64,000 nt of DNA from Thermodesulfobacteriota bacterium (GCA_965216785.1 OZ244197.1:2272001-2336000); one strand, 5' to 3'. Counted from the first letter of the stretch, positions 28,532 through 39,006 are shown. Program-made: numbers and translations. Notes: generated by a model from the letters alone, not told the origin.

Positions 28532-29776
28532 ATGTCAGAAACTAAATACCTCATTCTAGGCGCGGGTCCCGCCTCAGCCTGGGCCGTGCGCGGCATCCGG
28601 CAGGAAGACTCGGAAGGAAGCATAACCCTGGTTGGGAGGGAGCCCTACAGGACGTATTCTCTTCCCCTTCTCTCAAAAGGATTCATTCAAGGCCGCTACC
28701 CCGAAGACAAGATATATCTCGTCAAAGAGGATTTTTATGAAAAAGCCGGGGTGGATTTTATAAGCGGTGTCAGCGCGGTCTCCTTGGATACGGAGAATAA
28801 AAAAGTGGGCTTAGAGGACGGAAGCGAAATTGCGTATGAGAAGCTCCTTATATGCACCGGCGCCTCGCCTATGAAGTTCCCTGTGCCCGGAGCGGATTTT
28901 ACCAATATTCACTACCTAAGGACACTTGAAGACGCAAAGGCTATTAAGGAGGCCGCGAAAAGCGTCTCTAAGGCGGTTGTCATCGGCGGGGGGTTCATCG
29001 GTGTAGAGCTTGCCTGCGCTCTAAGAGAGATCGGTCTCACTGTAGAGCTTCTCATGCTCGAGGACTACGTGTGGGAGTTTCTGACCCCGGAGCCTGTGGG
29101 CAATTACCTGATGGAAATATTAAGAGATAACGGGGTTTCAATTTATCCGGGCACGAAGGTTATGGAATTTAAAGGGGAGGGCGGTGCCGCGGCGTCCGTT
29201 GTGACAGATGAGGGAGCGGAATTTGAAGCCAGCCTCTTCTGCGTCGGAATCGGAGTCAGACCCAATGTAGAATTTCTCTCAGGCACGGATATCGAGATAG
29301 AAAGAGGGATATTGGTAAACCAGTATCTTGAGACGGCTGTTAGGGATGTTTACGCAGCCGGGGACGTAGCCGAATATTTAGACCTGGCGCTCGGGGCGAG
29401 ACACATGACTGGCCACATAGAAAACGCCCAGTTTCAGGGACGCACAGCGGGGCAAAACATGGCCGGGGCGTCCGTTCAGTATATGAGAGTCACTGGATAC
29501 GACACGGAGGTCTTCGGCAATATGCTCATGTTCCTCGGCGCCCCCCATATGGGCAGCGAGCACATAGTAAGGGGCGGCGGCGACAAGCCCGCGGGCTCTT
29601 TTTCATTCAAAGACGACAGGCTGATCGGCGCTCTTCTCATCAACCCCGGCGGAAAGGACATAAAAGCGGTTCGCGGGTTTATCGCTATGAAGGACGTGGA
29701 TTTTAAAAAGTATGAAGACAGATTGTCAGAGCCTGAATCAGACCTGAACGCGCTGCTAGAGGAAGTGAGTGCATGA
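28532..29776 (+). CDS. FAD/NAD(P)H-dependent pyridine nucleotide oxidoreductase (ferredoxin/rubredoxin reductase-like)
   Basis: GAGPA, GGGFIGVE, VYAAGD motifs. Confidence 0.88.
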   Translation: MSETKYLILGAGPASAWAVRGIRQEDSEGSITLVGREPYRTYSLPLLSKGFIQGRYPEDKIYLVKEDFYEKAGVDFISGVSAVSLDTENKKVGLEDGSEIAYEKLLICTGASPMKFPVPGADFTNIHYLRTLEDAKAIKEAAKSVSKAVVIGGGFIGVELACALREIGLTVELLMLEDYVWEFLTPEPVGNYLMEILRDNGVSIYPGTKVMEFKGEGGAAASVVTDEGAEFEASLFCVGIGVRPNVEFLSGTDIEIERGILVNQYLETAVRDVYAAGDVAEYLDLALGARHMTGHIENAQFQGRTAGQNMAGASVQYMRVTGYDTEVFGNMLMFLGAPHMGSEHIVRGGGDKPAGSFSFKDDRLIGALLINPGGKDIKAVRGFIAMKDVDFKKYEDRLSEPESDLNALLEEVSA

Positions 29777-30276
29777 CCGATGATTTTGAGGCAGAAATAA
29801 AGAGGCTTGCTCAAAAGTTTGGGAAAGGAGTCGCGAAGCAGACAAAGCAAGGCGCTACTGTGCGTGAATCGGATGTGGATTTCAAGGCGGTTATTAGGGA
29901 GTTTCAGAAAGCCGCGCGAAAGGGCGCAGATATTTTCAACGACTCGGTTAATGAAGAATCGCTAGTAGTTTACGAGCTTCCCGCAGAATTTCTTGAAATA
30001 TTCCTCGGCATTTCGGGCAGGAGAGGCGGGCTTGCCATAGCGGCTCCCCAAAGGCTTGCCGTATTCTTCGACGAAGACCCGAATCTGATAACTGTGATTG
30101 GCAAATTACGAAGTAATGACAGTGGAGTGCATACAAATGTTAATAAATCACTTCAACTCATAAAAATAAGCTTTTCAAGTAGCGATAACGGGTATGTGTT
30201 TAAGGACAATACCGGAAAGCCCCTTGACTCAGAAGGCATTATTTCAGTAATTATAGGCTGGCTCGTAAAAGCTTAA
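29773..30276 (+). CDS. Hypothetical protein
   Basis: ATGA overlap with upstream gene, consistent with translational coupling. Confidence 0.7.
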   Translation: MTDDFEAEIKRLAQKFGKGVAKQTKQGATVRESDVDFKAVIREFQKAARKGADIFNDSVNEESLVVYELPAEFLEIFLGISGRRGGLAIAAPQRLAVFFDEDPNLITVIGKLRSNDSGVHTNVNKSLQLIKISFSSSDNGYVFKDNTGKPLDSEGIISVIIGWLVKA

Positions 30277-30416
30277 TGCGGGTGAAGGACGACGTGCGTA
30301 AGTGAAGCGAGTATCACGATCAGCGCAATCAGTGCCGGGACGCCCATGATGAACCAAAACGCTTCCTTCTCGTGCGGCTCAAGCTTAAATGGAGATTCGT
30401 GTTTATTCTCTGTCAT
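30273..30416 (-). CDS. 47-aa single-TM small protein (not in ORF track)
   Basis: MTENKHESPFKLEPHEKEAFWFIMGVPALIALIVILASLTHVVLHPH*; TTTACA-N16-TATAAT ending 9 nt before ATG. Confidence 0.6.
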   Translation of the reverse strand: MTENKHESPFKLEPHEKEAFWFIMGVPALIALIVILASLTHVVLHPH

Positions 30417-30505
30417 AGCGCCATCATTATAACGGCCTATTCATATTTGTAAAGTGGTAGCTCTCTTTACTTGATAATAGCCCCGTATTTGTTAATGTAT
30501 AAGGT

Positions 30506-31402
30506 ATGATAGAGTACGTACAGCCTTTCTTCAGGCCGCCGAGTGAAGCTAAAAGCTACATACTCCAGGCCACCATAGGATGCTCCCACAACACCTGCAC
30601 TTACTGCGCCATGTACCGTAAGGACGAGCAGAAGTTCAGAGTGAGACCTATGGACGAGATCAAAGAAATAATAGACGACGCCACCGTGAGAGGCCTTATA
30701 GACGACAGGGTCTTTATAGCTGACGGTAACGCGCTCGTATTATCCAAGAAAAAACTCATCGAGATCATGGATTATCTCCGCGAAAAGAACACCGGTATAG
30801 AAAGAATCAGAATGTACGCCAACGTGGGCGACATACTGCGCCAGGGGGTCGACAATCTAAAAGAGCTTCGCGCTCAAGGCCTGGATATGGTCTATATCGG
30901 GTTTGAGAGCGGCGACGACGTAGTGCTCGAGCGCATCAAGAAAGGCGCCGACCACGAAGAGACCGTACGGGCGTCAAAAATGTTAAAAGAAGCGGGCATA
31001 AAAAACTCCGCCATGGTGCTCCTGGGGATGGGGGGCGTAGACAGGAGCCTTCAGCACGCAGAGGCCACGGGCAAGCTGCTCACAGGCGCCGACCCTGAAT
31101 ACGTAGGCGCTTTGTCCCTTCAGGTTCGTCCGGGTGCGCCGTTATTCGAAGAAATGCAGAGGGGAGAGTTTGAGCTTCCCGATAAGTTTCAGATGATAAA
31201 GGAGCTTGAGGTTCTCGTAGAGAACACCGAGCTTACGGACGGTTATTTCTTTTCTAACCACATTTCCAATTACCTTGCGATAAAAGCCAAATTCCCGGAG
31301 GACAAGGACAAAGTGCTCAGGGAAATAAAATCAGTAATTGAGAAAGGGGATGAGAATCTTCTGCGTCCTGACTACTACAGAGACGTAATAAATCAGTATT
31401 GA
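30506..31402 (+). CDS. Radical SAM protein
   Basis: CSHNTCTYC (CxxxCxxC), GFESGDD. Confidence 0.9.
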   Translation: MIEYVQPFFRPPSEAKSYILQATIGCSHNTCTYCAMYRKDEQKFRVRPMDEIKEIIDDATVRGLIDDRVFIADGNALVLSKKKLIEIMDYLREKNTGIERIRMYANVGDILRQGVDNLKELRAQGLDMVYIGFESGDDVVLERIKKGADHEETVRASKMLKEAGIKNSAMVLLGMGGVDRSLQHAEATGKLLTGADPEYVGALSLQVRPGAPLFEEMQRGEFELPDKFQMIKELEVLVENTELTDGYFFSNHISNYLAIKAKFPEDKDKVLREIKSVIEKGDENLLRPDYYRDVINQY

Positions 31403-31427
31403 TACTAAAGACTAAAGGAGAACTCAT

Positions 31428-32366
31428 ATGCCTAGAATAGCAACCATTTCACCCGTCTGGGGATGCAGCGTATCAGACCTTCGCGCCCTGGCAAATGAAG
31501 CCGAGGGAGGAGGGTTCGAAGCTATATTCTCACCCGAAGTTCCGCCTTTCAGCGCGCTCACTAACGCGCAGGTATTCGCCGAGGCTACCTCAAACATTAA
31601 CGTCGGTACGTGGATTACAAATATTTATATGCGTCAAGCGGTCATGTGCGCGGCCACAGCGCTCACAATTCAGGAGATCACTAACGGCCGCATGGTGCTC
31701 GGGCTCGGCGTCAGTCATAAGCCCGTAAACGACCGTTACGAAATAGATATGGGCGACCCGGTAGACTCGATGCGCGACTACGTGGGCCAGGTAAAAGCCT
31801 TTATGGACGGCTCAGCGGCACAGCTTACTCTTAAACGCGATCTCCCCAAAGTTCCCGTATACATTGCCGGTCTCACAAAAGGAGCCGCCACATTGGCGGG
31901 CGAAGTCGCCGACGGTCTTATGCCCTACATGGCAACGCCGGAATACATAAAAGAGCTAAGGGGCTTTGTAGCTGAAGGGGCGGCAAATGCCGGGCGAGAC
32001 CCCTCTGAAATAGACATCACACTCGGCATCCCCTCCGTCGTTTCAGAAGACCTGGAGCTTGCGAGAGCAGCTGGGAAAAAAGGGTTCTCACCCTATCTCA
32101 ACTTCCCGTTCTATCAAAGGCTCATGATAAATAACGGGTTCGAAGACGAAATCGCTAAGATCCGCGCCGGTGAAAAACCGGGCGATGTATTCACGGACGA
32201 AATGCTCGACTCTGTCGCACTCATCGGTCCGCCAGAGCGCTGCCGTGAAAGACTAGAGGCCTACAGGGAAGCGGGCGTAGACCTGCCGATCATCGTTCCC
32301 AGCCCGGCGGGTAAGCAGGGCAACGTAGAGGTCATGCAGAACACCGTCGCGGCCTACTCCGGGTAG
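31428..32366 (+). CDS. Luciferase-like (LLM) flavin/F420-dependent oxidoreductase
   Basis: GRMVLGLGVSH, GEVADG, IGPPERCRERL. Confidence 0.85.
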   Translation: MPRIATISPVWGCSVSDLRALANEAEGGGFEAIFSPEVPPFSALTNAQVFAEATSNINVGTWITNIYMRQAVMCAATALTIQEITNGRMVLGLGVSHKPVNDRYEIDMGDPVDSMRDYVGQVKAFMDGSAAQLTLKRDLPKVPVYIAGLTKGAATLAGEVADGLMPYMATPEYIKELRGFVAEGAANAGRDPSEIDITLGIPSVVSEDLELARAAGKKGFSPYLNFPFYQRLMINNGFEDEIAKIRAGEKPGDVFTDEMLDSVALIGPPERCRERLEAYREAGVDLPIIVPSPAGKQGNVEVMQNTVAAYSG

Positions 32367-32462
32367 CTCTAAACTTCATTCTACAATATCTGCCGTCCGT
32401 ACGGGGATTGTCCAAGTGCGGACGGCGTAAGTCGAATTTCTTTCCCGGAGGATATTACACTC

Positions 32463-33884
32463 ATGAAAATGGTCACCCTCGAAGGCTCGGAAAAAGATAT
32501 AGGAAACACTCAAATAAGTAATTTCAGAGACAGCATAGCCGGTGAAGCCCTCTTGGACGGTGACCCGGGCTACGACGAAGCCCGGGTAATTTTCAACGGC
32601 ATGTTCGATATAAAGCCCGCCATCATCGTTCGACCTGTTTCTGTCAATGATGTTATAAAAACAGTAAACTTTGCGCGCAGCAATAATATACTCCTCGCGG
32701 TTAAAGGAGGGGGGCACAGTGTAGCGGGCAAGTGTCTTTGCGAGGGCGGTATTACGCTTGACATGAGGCCTATGAATGAAGTGATTGTTGATCCGGCTTC
32801 TATGACCGCGTCCGTAGGACCCGGCACGCTTCTGGGTGAGCTTGACAGCGCTACGCAAGCACACGGGCTTGCGGTACCAGCTGGCATCGTTTCAGATACG
32901 GGAGTCGCGGGGCTCACACTTGGCGGCGGCTTTGGATGGCTGAAAGGCAAATACGGGCTCAGCATAGACAATCTACAATCGGTAGATATAGTAACGGCAG
33001 ACGGTGAGTATCTTAAAGCAAGCCAGAGTGAGAACGAGGACCTCTTTTGGGCGGTACGTGGAGGGAGCGGTAATTTCGGCGTCGTCACAAATTTTGAATT
33101 CCGCACTCACCAGGTAGGGCCAGAGCTTATGTTCACCGCTCCTTTGTACCCGATTGAGAACGCCAAGTCGGTAATAAATTTCTGGATTGAGTTTATGAAC
33201 TCTTCGCCCGACGAATATACGTCTATGCTTTTTTTGATGAACGTGCCAGAGGCGGATGCCTTCCCTAAAGAACTTCAGGGAAGGGCTGCGGTCATGATCC
33301 CTGGCGTACACTGCGGAACAGTCGAAGAAGGGGAACGCTTCGTACAACCTCTGAGGGAGCTAGACGACCTGTTGCTGGATTTGAGCGGACCGAAAAAGTA
33401 TACGGAGATACAGTCCTTCTTTGATCTGCCTGTACCGCAAGGCTCATTCAGCTGCTACTTCACTTCCCTTTATTTAAATAAATTCGATCAGGAAATGACG
33501 GATTTACTTCTTGATATATTCAAAAATCGTCCGACAAAAATGATCCCTTACATCATTCAGGACCTAAGGGGCCAGAACATGAGAGTCCCCTCAGGCGCAA
33601 CAGCTTTCGGTGACAGGAGCGCTCCCTATAACCTTGAAATCAATTCAGCTTGGACCGATCCGGATGAGTCTGAAAGCATGATCGCATGGACAAGGGAAGC
33701 CATGAATAAGTTCAGGCCGTATTCCCCGGGCAGAAGTTATCTAAATCATACGGGATTAAACGAAGAGGGAGAGGCTATGGTAAAGCGAACTTACGGCTCA
33801 AACTATGAGCGCCTGAGGCAAATTAAGAAAAAATACGACCCCGGTAACCTCTTTCGCATCAACCAGAACATCACCCCTGCGTAA
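32463..33884 (+). CDS. FAD-binding oxidoreductase, BBE/VAO family
   Basis: KGGGHS covalent-FAD His motif, GLTLGGGFG, KKKYDPGNLF. Confidence 0.9.
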   Translation: MKMVTLEGSEKDIGNTQISNFRDSIAGEALLDGDPGYDEARVIFNGMFDIKPAIIVRPVSVNDVIKTVNFARSNNILLAVKGGGHSVAGKCLCEGGITLDMRPMNEVIVDPASMTASVGPGTLLGELDSATQAHGLAVPAGIVSDTGVAGLTLGGGFGWLKGKYGLSIDNLQSVDIVTADGEYLKASQSENEDLFWAVRGGSGNFGVVTNFEFRTHQVGPELMFTAPLYPIENAKSVINFWIEFMNSSPDEYTSMLFLMNVPEADAFPKELQGRAAVMIPGVHCGTVEEGERFVQPLRELDDLLLDLSGPKKYTEIQSFFDLPVPQGSFSCYFTSLYLNKFDQEMTDLLLDIFKNRPTKMIPYIIQDLRGQNMRVPSGATAFGDRSAPYNLEINSAWTDPDESESMIAWTREAMNKFRPYSPGRSYLNHTGLNEEGEAMVKRTYGSNYERLRQIKKKYDPGNLFRINQNITPA

Positions 33885-33931
33885 ATCTCGTGCGATCAGT
33901 GATTTTTACCCGGGTTAAGACAAATCCGGAT

Positions 33932-35647
33932 TCACCCTTTCTGCTTCACTCGAAGCGTCCTCAGCCTGTTTATTGCGGCGGCAAGCTCAATCCTCCTAAA
34001 CTCCGCGTAGTTCCCGGTGACTTTGCTCTTTAGCACATCGAGCCCGTTCCTCGCTATATCCATCATTACAAGGCTTGTGATCTCCCTTAGAGACTTCACC
34101 CCGTCCATGTAGCGCTTCGCGTACACTATGGCGTCCCCGATGGCGTTTGTCTGGCTCTTGTCCACTATCTGCTCGATCGCCCCAAGGTCTATGGTGTTTT
34201 TCCCGAGTTTAATCGAATGAAGGCCCTTGGGCGATACCTTTACCTTCCTTTTTCCTTTCGCCGCGTTAACGCTTTCCCTGATCGGTATCCTCTCCGTAAG
34301 TACCCCGAAATAATCCCCTCCCTCCCTCACGCGCTCGGTTACGAGCCTGCCGGCAATCTCCTTAGCCTCCTCCGTAACCTCCTGGGGTACATACCCGGTC
34401 ATCCTTATCACCCTGTCGGCGACGTCGAAATAATCCCCCGAGCCGCCGACAACCAGCACGGTCGATACCCGGTGCTCTGTGAAGAGGCTCCTGACTTTAT
34501 CGATAAAAGGGTTAATGGGCTCGTTTTGCTTAGATACGAGCTCCTGCATCCTGTGATCTCTTATCATAAAATTCGTAGCGGTAGTATCCTCATCTATCAG
34601 CAGGGCGTCGGCTCCTACCTCCAGCGCTTCCAGTATGTTCGCGGCCTGAGACGTGCTTCCGCTCGCGTCCTCGGTGCAAAAGCTTTCGGTCTCTTTGCCG
34701 AATGGGAGCTCGGATATAAAGGGCTTAATGTTTACGTTCTCGACCCTCCTGCCGTCCTCGGCTCTTATCTTCACCGCGTTGGGGTTGGTGACGACAAACT
34801 CTCTTCCGTCCCCCGGCACGTGGTTATACACTCCCCGCTCGATCGCCCGCAAAAGAGTCGATTTCCCGTGGAACCCGCCGCCTGTTATCAGGGTCACGCC
34901 TTTGGGTATCCCCATCCCGCTAATCATCCCCAGGTTCGGCAGGTAAAGGTCTTCCCTGAGCTCGGCGGGACTCTCAAACAGTACGGCCTCTTCCTCGGAC
35001 AGAGGCGTCTCGTCCACTCCGCTTGCTCTTGGCAGCAGGCTCTTGTCGGCGATGAAAGCAATGAGTCCCAGGTTCTCGAGCTCACTCCTTATGAAGTCCG
35101 CGTCCTCAGCGCAGTGTAAATGCTCAAGCAAACCCGCTTCGTCAAGGTTCTCGTACTTGAGCGACAGGTTCACGATTTTCGGCAGCTCGTCGAATAGCAT
35201 CGCTTCCGCGTGCTTTGCCGCGATCGACCTGCCTCTTGCGGGCAGCCCCGCAGTGAACCTTGCCTCGACATACAAGTGCGTTATTACAACGGATGAGCGC
35301 TCCAGTATCTCCTGCCCCGGAGCGTCTATACTTATTCTCCCGCTCCCGCCGCTCCCGCGGTTACCCAGAGAGAAGAGCTTAGTGTTTTCATCGAACTTTC
35401 TCGTCAAGTAATCCCTAAGCGCAACCTCACGGCTTTTATTGGAATGGGCGTCCCGAGGAAAGCCCGCTTTATCTGTATACACCCTCACCCGCAGCCTGCT
35501 CGGCGAATCGAAAGGGTCGCGCTGCACCCTGTCTATAAATAGCGCGTAATCCCCGAAATCATATTCACCTAAAAGGCTCTTATAGGTTTTGTATCCGGTC
35601 CCGTCTATTCGGTTTAAATTTTCTCTAAGCTCTTGTTCCGTTAGCAC
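33932..35647 (-). CDS. Stand-alone ABC-class ATPase (predicted ATPase of the ABC class family)
   Basis: GGGFHGKST, DASGSTSQA, LLIDEDT motifs. Confidence 0.88.
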   Translation of the reverse strand: MLTEQELRENLNRIDGTGYKTYKSLLGEYDFGDYALFIDRVQRDPFDSPSRLRVRVYTDKAGFPRDAHSNKSREVALRDYLTRKFDENTKLFSLGNRGSGGSGRISIDAPGQEILERSSVVITHLYVEARFTAGLPARGRSIAAKHAEAMLFDELPKIVNLSLKYENLDEAGLLEHLHCAEDADFIRSELENLGLIAFIADKSLLPRASGVDETPLSEEEAVLFESPAELREDLYLPNLGMISGMGIPKGVTLITGGGFHGKSTLLRAIERGVYNHVPGDGREFVVTNPNAVKIRAEDGRRVENVNIKPFISELPFGKETESFCTEDASGSTSQAANILEALEVGADALLIDEDTTATNFMIRDHRMQELVSKQNEPINPFIDKVRSLFTEHRVSTVLVVGGSGDYFDVADRVIRMTGYVPQEVTEEAKEIAGRLVTERVREGGDYFGVLTERIPIRESVNAAKGKRKVKVSPKGLHSIKLGKNTIDLGAIEQIVDKSQTNAIGDAIVYAKRYMDGVKSLREITSLVMMDIARNGLDVLKSKVTGNYAEFRRIELAAAINRLRTLRVKQKG

Positions 35648-35760
35648 TTATCAGACCCTGCTGGAATGATTCTTCATCAATTTTCGCTTCAATAACTGTA
35701 GTGTTCTCCGCAAATAATAGATAAATATGATCTGTATGTCTACATATATAGCCGCATAAT

Positions 35761-36540
35761 TTATTTAGCTGTGTGTCCGAGGTCAATGGCTATGGTAGTC
35801 CCTGTAATATTTTTTGCCGTCTCAGCCATGAGATAGACGCATAGGTCGGCTACTTCCTCAGGCTCAAGCAGCCTTTTCACGGGGGTATCGGCGAGAATGA
35901 CTTTCTCTATAACCTCTTCCCTTTCGATACCGTGCGCACGGGCCTGGTCGTCGAGCTGCTTTTCCACGAGCGGTGTTCTAACGAAGCTCGGGCATACCGC
36001 ATTCACGGTAATATTATGCTCCGCGCACTCAAGCGCCGCGGCCTTAGTAAGCCCGATAAGACCGTGCTTTGCGGTTACGTACGCGGCCTTGTATTTTACG
36101 CCTGTAAGCCCGTAAATTGACGACATGTTTATGATCCTGCCCCCGCCCCGTTTTATCATATGCGGGATTGCGTACTTAGTGCAGTAAAAAGCGCCCGACA
36201 GCATAACGCCAAGTAAATGCTCCCAGCGCTCCTCGGGGAACTCTGTAAGCGGAGCCACATGCTGGAGCCCGGCGTTGTTTACGAGTATATCTACGCCGCC
36301 GAGCTCTCCCGCGGCAGCCTCAATGAGGCTCTTGCAATCGCCGGCGTCCGATACGTCTCCTTTTATAAATACAAAATCGCCCCTTAAGTCGCTTAGTCTA
36401 GATAATTCAACGCGCGCGCCCTCTTCGTCTAAGTCGTTTACCACAACCCTTGCCCCTTCATCGAGTAGCCTTTTCACAACCGAAAGCCCGATACCGCTTC
36501 CCCCTCCCGTTACCACCGCGACCTTATTATTTAGACTCAT
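35761..36540 (-). CDS. bdhA: 3-hydroxybutyrate dehydrogenase (SDR)
   Basis: TGGGSGIG, NNAGLQHVAP, YVTAKHG, VRTPLVEKQ. Confidence 0.82.
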   Translation of the reverse strand: MSLNNKVAVVTGGGSGIGLSVVKRLLDEGARVVVNDLDEEGARVELSRLSDLRGDFVFIKGDVSDAGDCKSLIEAAAGELGGVDILVNNAGLQHVAPLTEFPEERWEHLLGVMLSGAFYCTKYAIPHMIKRGGGRIINMSSIYGLTGVKYKAAYVTAKHGLIGLTKAAALECAEHNITVNAVCPSFVRTPLVEKQLDDQARAHGIEREEVIEKVILADTPVKRLLEPEEVADLCVYLMAETAKNITGTTIAIDLGHTAK

Positions 36541-36727
36541 TTTCAGGTTCTACCTCCATATTTTTGCTTAATACCGGGCTCTCCGTTCCTGCCGGCATTT
36601 TGAATTATTATAAAGAGTTTTACATTAAAAGGTGGCATTAAGGCCGTAAATATAGTAAAGTGGTTGGTTAGAGAGGGAATCATAATCCTCTCACACATAT
36701 AAACACGCTAGAGGAGGTATAGGTTAT

Positions 36728-37021
36728 ATGTCGATATTTGGCAGATTTTTCATGTTTTTATTCGTAGGAGCTTTCGCTCTTGCGCTCGTTGCTTGTCCCC
36801 CTGCAGGGCAGGAGCCGGCAGGTGATGAAGAGGTGGTCGTTGAGGAAGTAGAGGAAGCACCAGCAGAGGTTGAAGAAGAGGTAGAGGCAGTGGTTGAGGA
36901 AGCCCCGGCGGACGATGCTGCTGACACAGCAGACGACGGCGGTGACGCGGCTGCTACGGACGATGCCGGTGACGACGGTGATGCCGGTGACGATGCCGGA
37001 GACGGTTCGGACACCCATTAA
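36728..37021 (+). CDS. Small acidic low-complexity lipoprotein
   Basis: SD GGAGG; LVAC lipobox; E/V block followed by D/A/G block. Confidence 0.75.
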   Translation: MSIFGRFFMFLFVGAFALALVACPPAGQEPAGDEEVVVEEVEEAPAEVEEEVEAVVEEAPADDAADTADDGGDAAATDDAGDDGDAGDDAGDGSDTH

Positions 37022-37083
37022 TATTGCTATACGGTTTCCCTCCAGGGACCCGTAATACGCAATTTAAATCTGAACATAAAATT

Positions 37084-37121
37084 AAGAGCGGGCAAGCTAG
37101 TATTCGTCCGCTCTTTTTTTT
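37084..37121 (+). terminator. Intrinsic terminator
   Basis: AAGAGCGGGC...GTCCGCTCTTTTTTTT. Confidence 0.85.
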
Positions 37122-37123
37122 CT

Positions 37124-37268
37124 GTCATTGCGGGTCCGGCTGTGTACGGCGGCGTAATTATCTTGTCGCGACGAAGCCCTGGCGAAGACTGAAACGAAGC
37201 CGGGATGCTATCTCTTGCCACAGAGCTGCAAAGCTCCCCGTTCCTCATTCCCGCGCGGGCGGGAATCC
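37124..37268 (+). repeat. Composite palindromic repeat cluster including ATTCCC-N8-GGGAAT
   Basis: GTCATTGCGGG...GCTATCTC (37124-37214); ATTCCCGCGCGGGCGGGAAT (37247-37266). Confidence 0.55.
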
Positions 37269-37377
37269 CTTTATTCCCCTTTTTTAATTTTTGTTTACCA
37301 TGTGACATATGCTCAACTTCATGATAAATACATGTCTAGGTTTAACTAAACCGATTCTTAATAAAACGGGGGATGCC

Positions 37378-39006
37378 ATGACAAGAAGACACTCTATTAA
37401 AAAGGGGTTAGTGTTAATAACGCTTATTATATTTACTTTGCTCTCATCTTACGGGGGGTGCAAGTCCTCAAACGGAAATAACGAGCCCGATACTACGACA
37501 CCTATTAAGCACCTTGTGGTTATCTATATGGAGAACGCGTCGTTCGACCTCATATTCGGCACATACCCCGATGCGTTAAACCCTCCCGACGAACCGGAGT
37601 TTATTCCCCGCACGGGAACGTCGAGCGTAAATAATTTAAACGGTGTTTTGCTAACAGATAACCCTAACGAGACAAACCCGTTTAGAATCAAAAGGACAGA
37701 TTCCTATACCTGTGACCAGGACCATAATTACCTCCGCGAGCAGCAGGCCCGTAACGGCGGTCTAATGAACCAGTTCGTAAGGTTCGACGCCGAGCCGCCT
37801 TTTAACTCAAGGCAGTTCTGCAGCCAAAACGAGGCCGGACACTGGGACACGGTAATGGGCTATTTTGACGGAAACACCGTAACAGCGCTTTGGAACTACG
37901 CTCAATACTATGCGATGAGCGACAATTTCTTCGGCACAACATCCGGGCAATCTACCAGGGGCCACCTTAACCTCGTAGCCGCCGACGTATACAGCGTCGT
38001 ATGCGGAAAACAAAAAGACGTCATCGGCCCCGATATTCCAGAGTGCGGGGGCATCGCCGACTCTACGGACATACCCGCCCCCACGAACGGTAATATGGCC
38101 ACGTACAATAAGGATATTGACCCCTACTGGGACGTTTGTTCGCCCGACAGCGGGGACGAGACTGTGGCCATGGGCGACAGGCCCACTATCGGTGATTTAC
38201 TAAGAGAAGCCGGGATCACGTGGGGATGGTTCCAGGGCGGGTTCACGGTAGACTCAGAGGGCAAGTGCACTTCGAGCAGCCCTCTTGTGGCGTTTGATCT
38301 TGCCACAGGGGTAGACCCCGAGACCGATCCGCTCAGGATACCTGACTACTTTCCTCACCATAACCCGTTTCAATACTTCCGCTCGACGGCAAACCCAAAA
38401 CACCTGCCCCCGAGCTCCGTCGGCATGATCGGGCGCACCGATCAGGCAAACCACCTCTATGACATTTCAGATCTTTGGGACGCAGCCGAGGCTGAAAACC
38501 TTCCCTCCGTGGTTTTCATAAAACCTCCCGGATACCAGGACGGGCACCCTGGCAACTCCAACCCTCTGGACGCGCAGGTGTTTATAGTAGAGACCGTGAA
38601 TAAGCTCATGGCTCTTCCTGAATGGGAAGACATGGCCGTCTTCATTGCCTGGGACGACTCGGACGGGTGGTATGATCACGTGATGCCGCCCATAATTAAT
38701 AAGTCCGCGACGGATAAAGACTTCCAGTGCGGAGAAGAGTCAGACGGCCCCGGCGGGCGCTGCGCTTACGGCCCACGTTTGCCGTTCATCGTCATATCCC
38801 CCTACGCAAAGGAGAACTTTGTCTCGAGCTCGCTTAAAGACCAGACCTCGATTACGCGCTTTATCGAGGACAACTGGCTCGGCGGGCAGCGCCTGACGGA
38901 TATATCTTTTGACAATAAGGCCAATTCACTTTTGGACATGTTCGATTTTTCAGAGCGAAGGACAGACAAGCTCTTTCTCGACCCGCTTACCGGACAGCCG
39001 GAGTAA
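37378..39006 (+). CDS. Phosphoesterase (phospholipase C / AcpA acid phosphatase family), probable lipoprotein
   Basis: IKHLVVIYMENASFD, HHNPFQYF, DDSDGWYDH, GPRLP; YGGC lipobox. Confidence 0.87.
   Translation: MTRRHSIKKGLVLITLIIFTLLSSYGGCKSSNGNNEPDTTTPIKHLVVIYMENASFDLIFGTYPDALNPPDEPEFIPRTGTSSVNNLNGVLLTDNPNETNPFRIKRTDSYTCDQDHNYLREQQARNGGLMNQFVRFDAEPPFNSRQFCSQNEAGHWDTVMGYFDGNTVTALWNYAQYYAMSDNFFGTTSGQSTRGHLNLVAADVYSVVCGKQKDVIGPDIPECGGIADSTDIPAPTNGNMATYNKDIDPYWDVCSPDSGDETVAMGDRPTIGDLLREAGITWGWFQGGFTVDSEGKCTSSSPLVAFDLATGVDPETDPLRIPDYFPHHNPFQYFRSTANPKHLPPSSVGMIGRTDQANHLYDISDLWDAAEAENLPSVVFIKPPGYQDGHPGNSNPLDAQVFIVETVNKLMALPEWEDMAVFIAWDDSDGWYDHVMPPIINKSATDKDFQCGEESDGPGGRCAYGPRLPFIVISPYAKENFVSSSLKDQTSITRFIEDNWLGGQRLTDISFDNKANSLLDMFDFSERRTDKLFLDPLTGQPE

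Noticed and set aside
30273-30416. Light-harvesting alpha/beta polypeptide resemblance (AxxxH in TM)
   Set aside because: No photosynthesis genes nearby and no conserved C-terminal Trp; the similarity is too short
34217-35119. 300-aa plus-strand ORF (and other long shadow ORFs such as 198-638, 14199-14780, 49669-50193)
   Set aside because: Fully antisense to well-supported genes with no recognisable motifs
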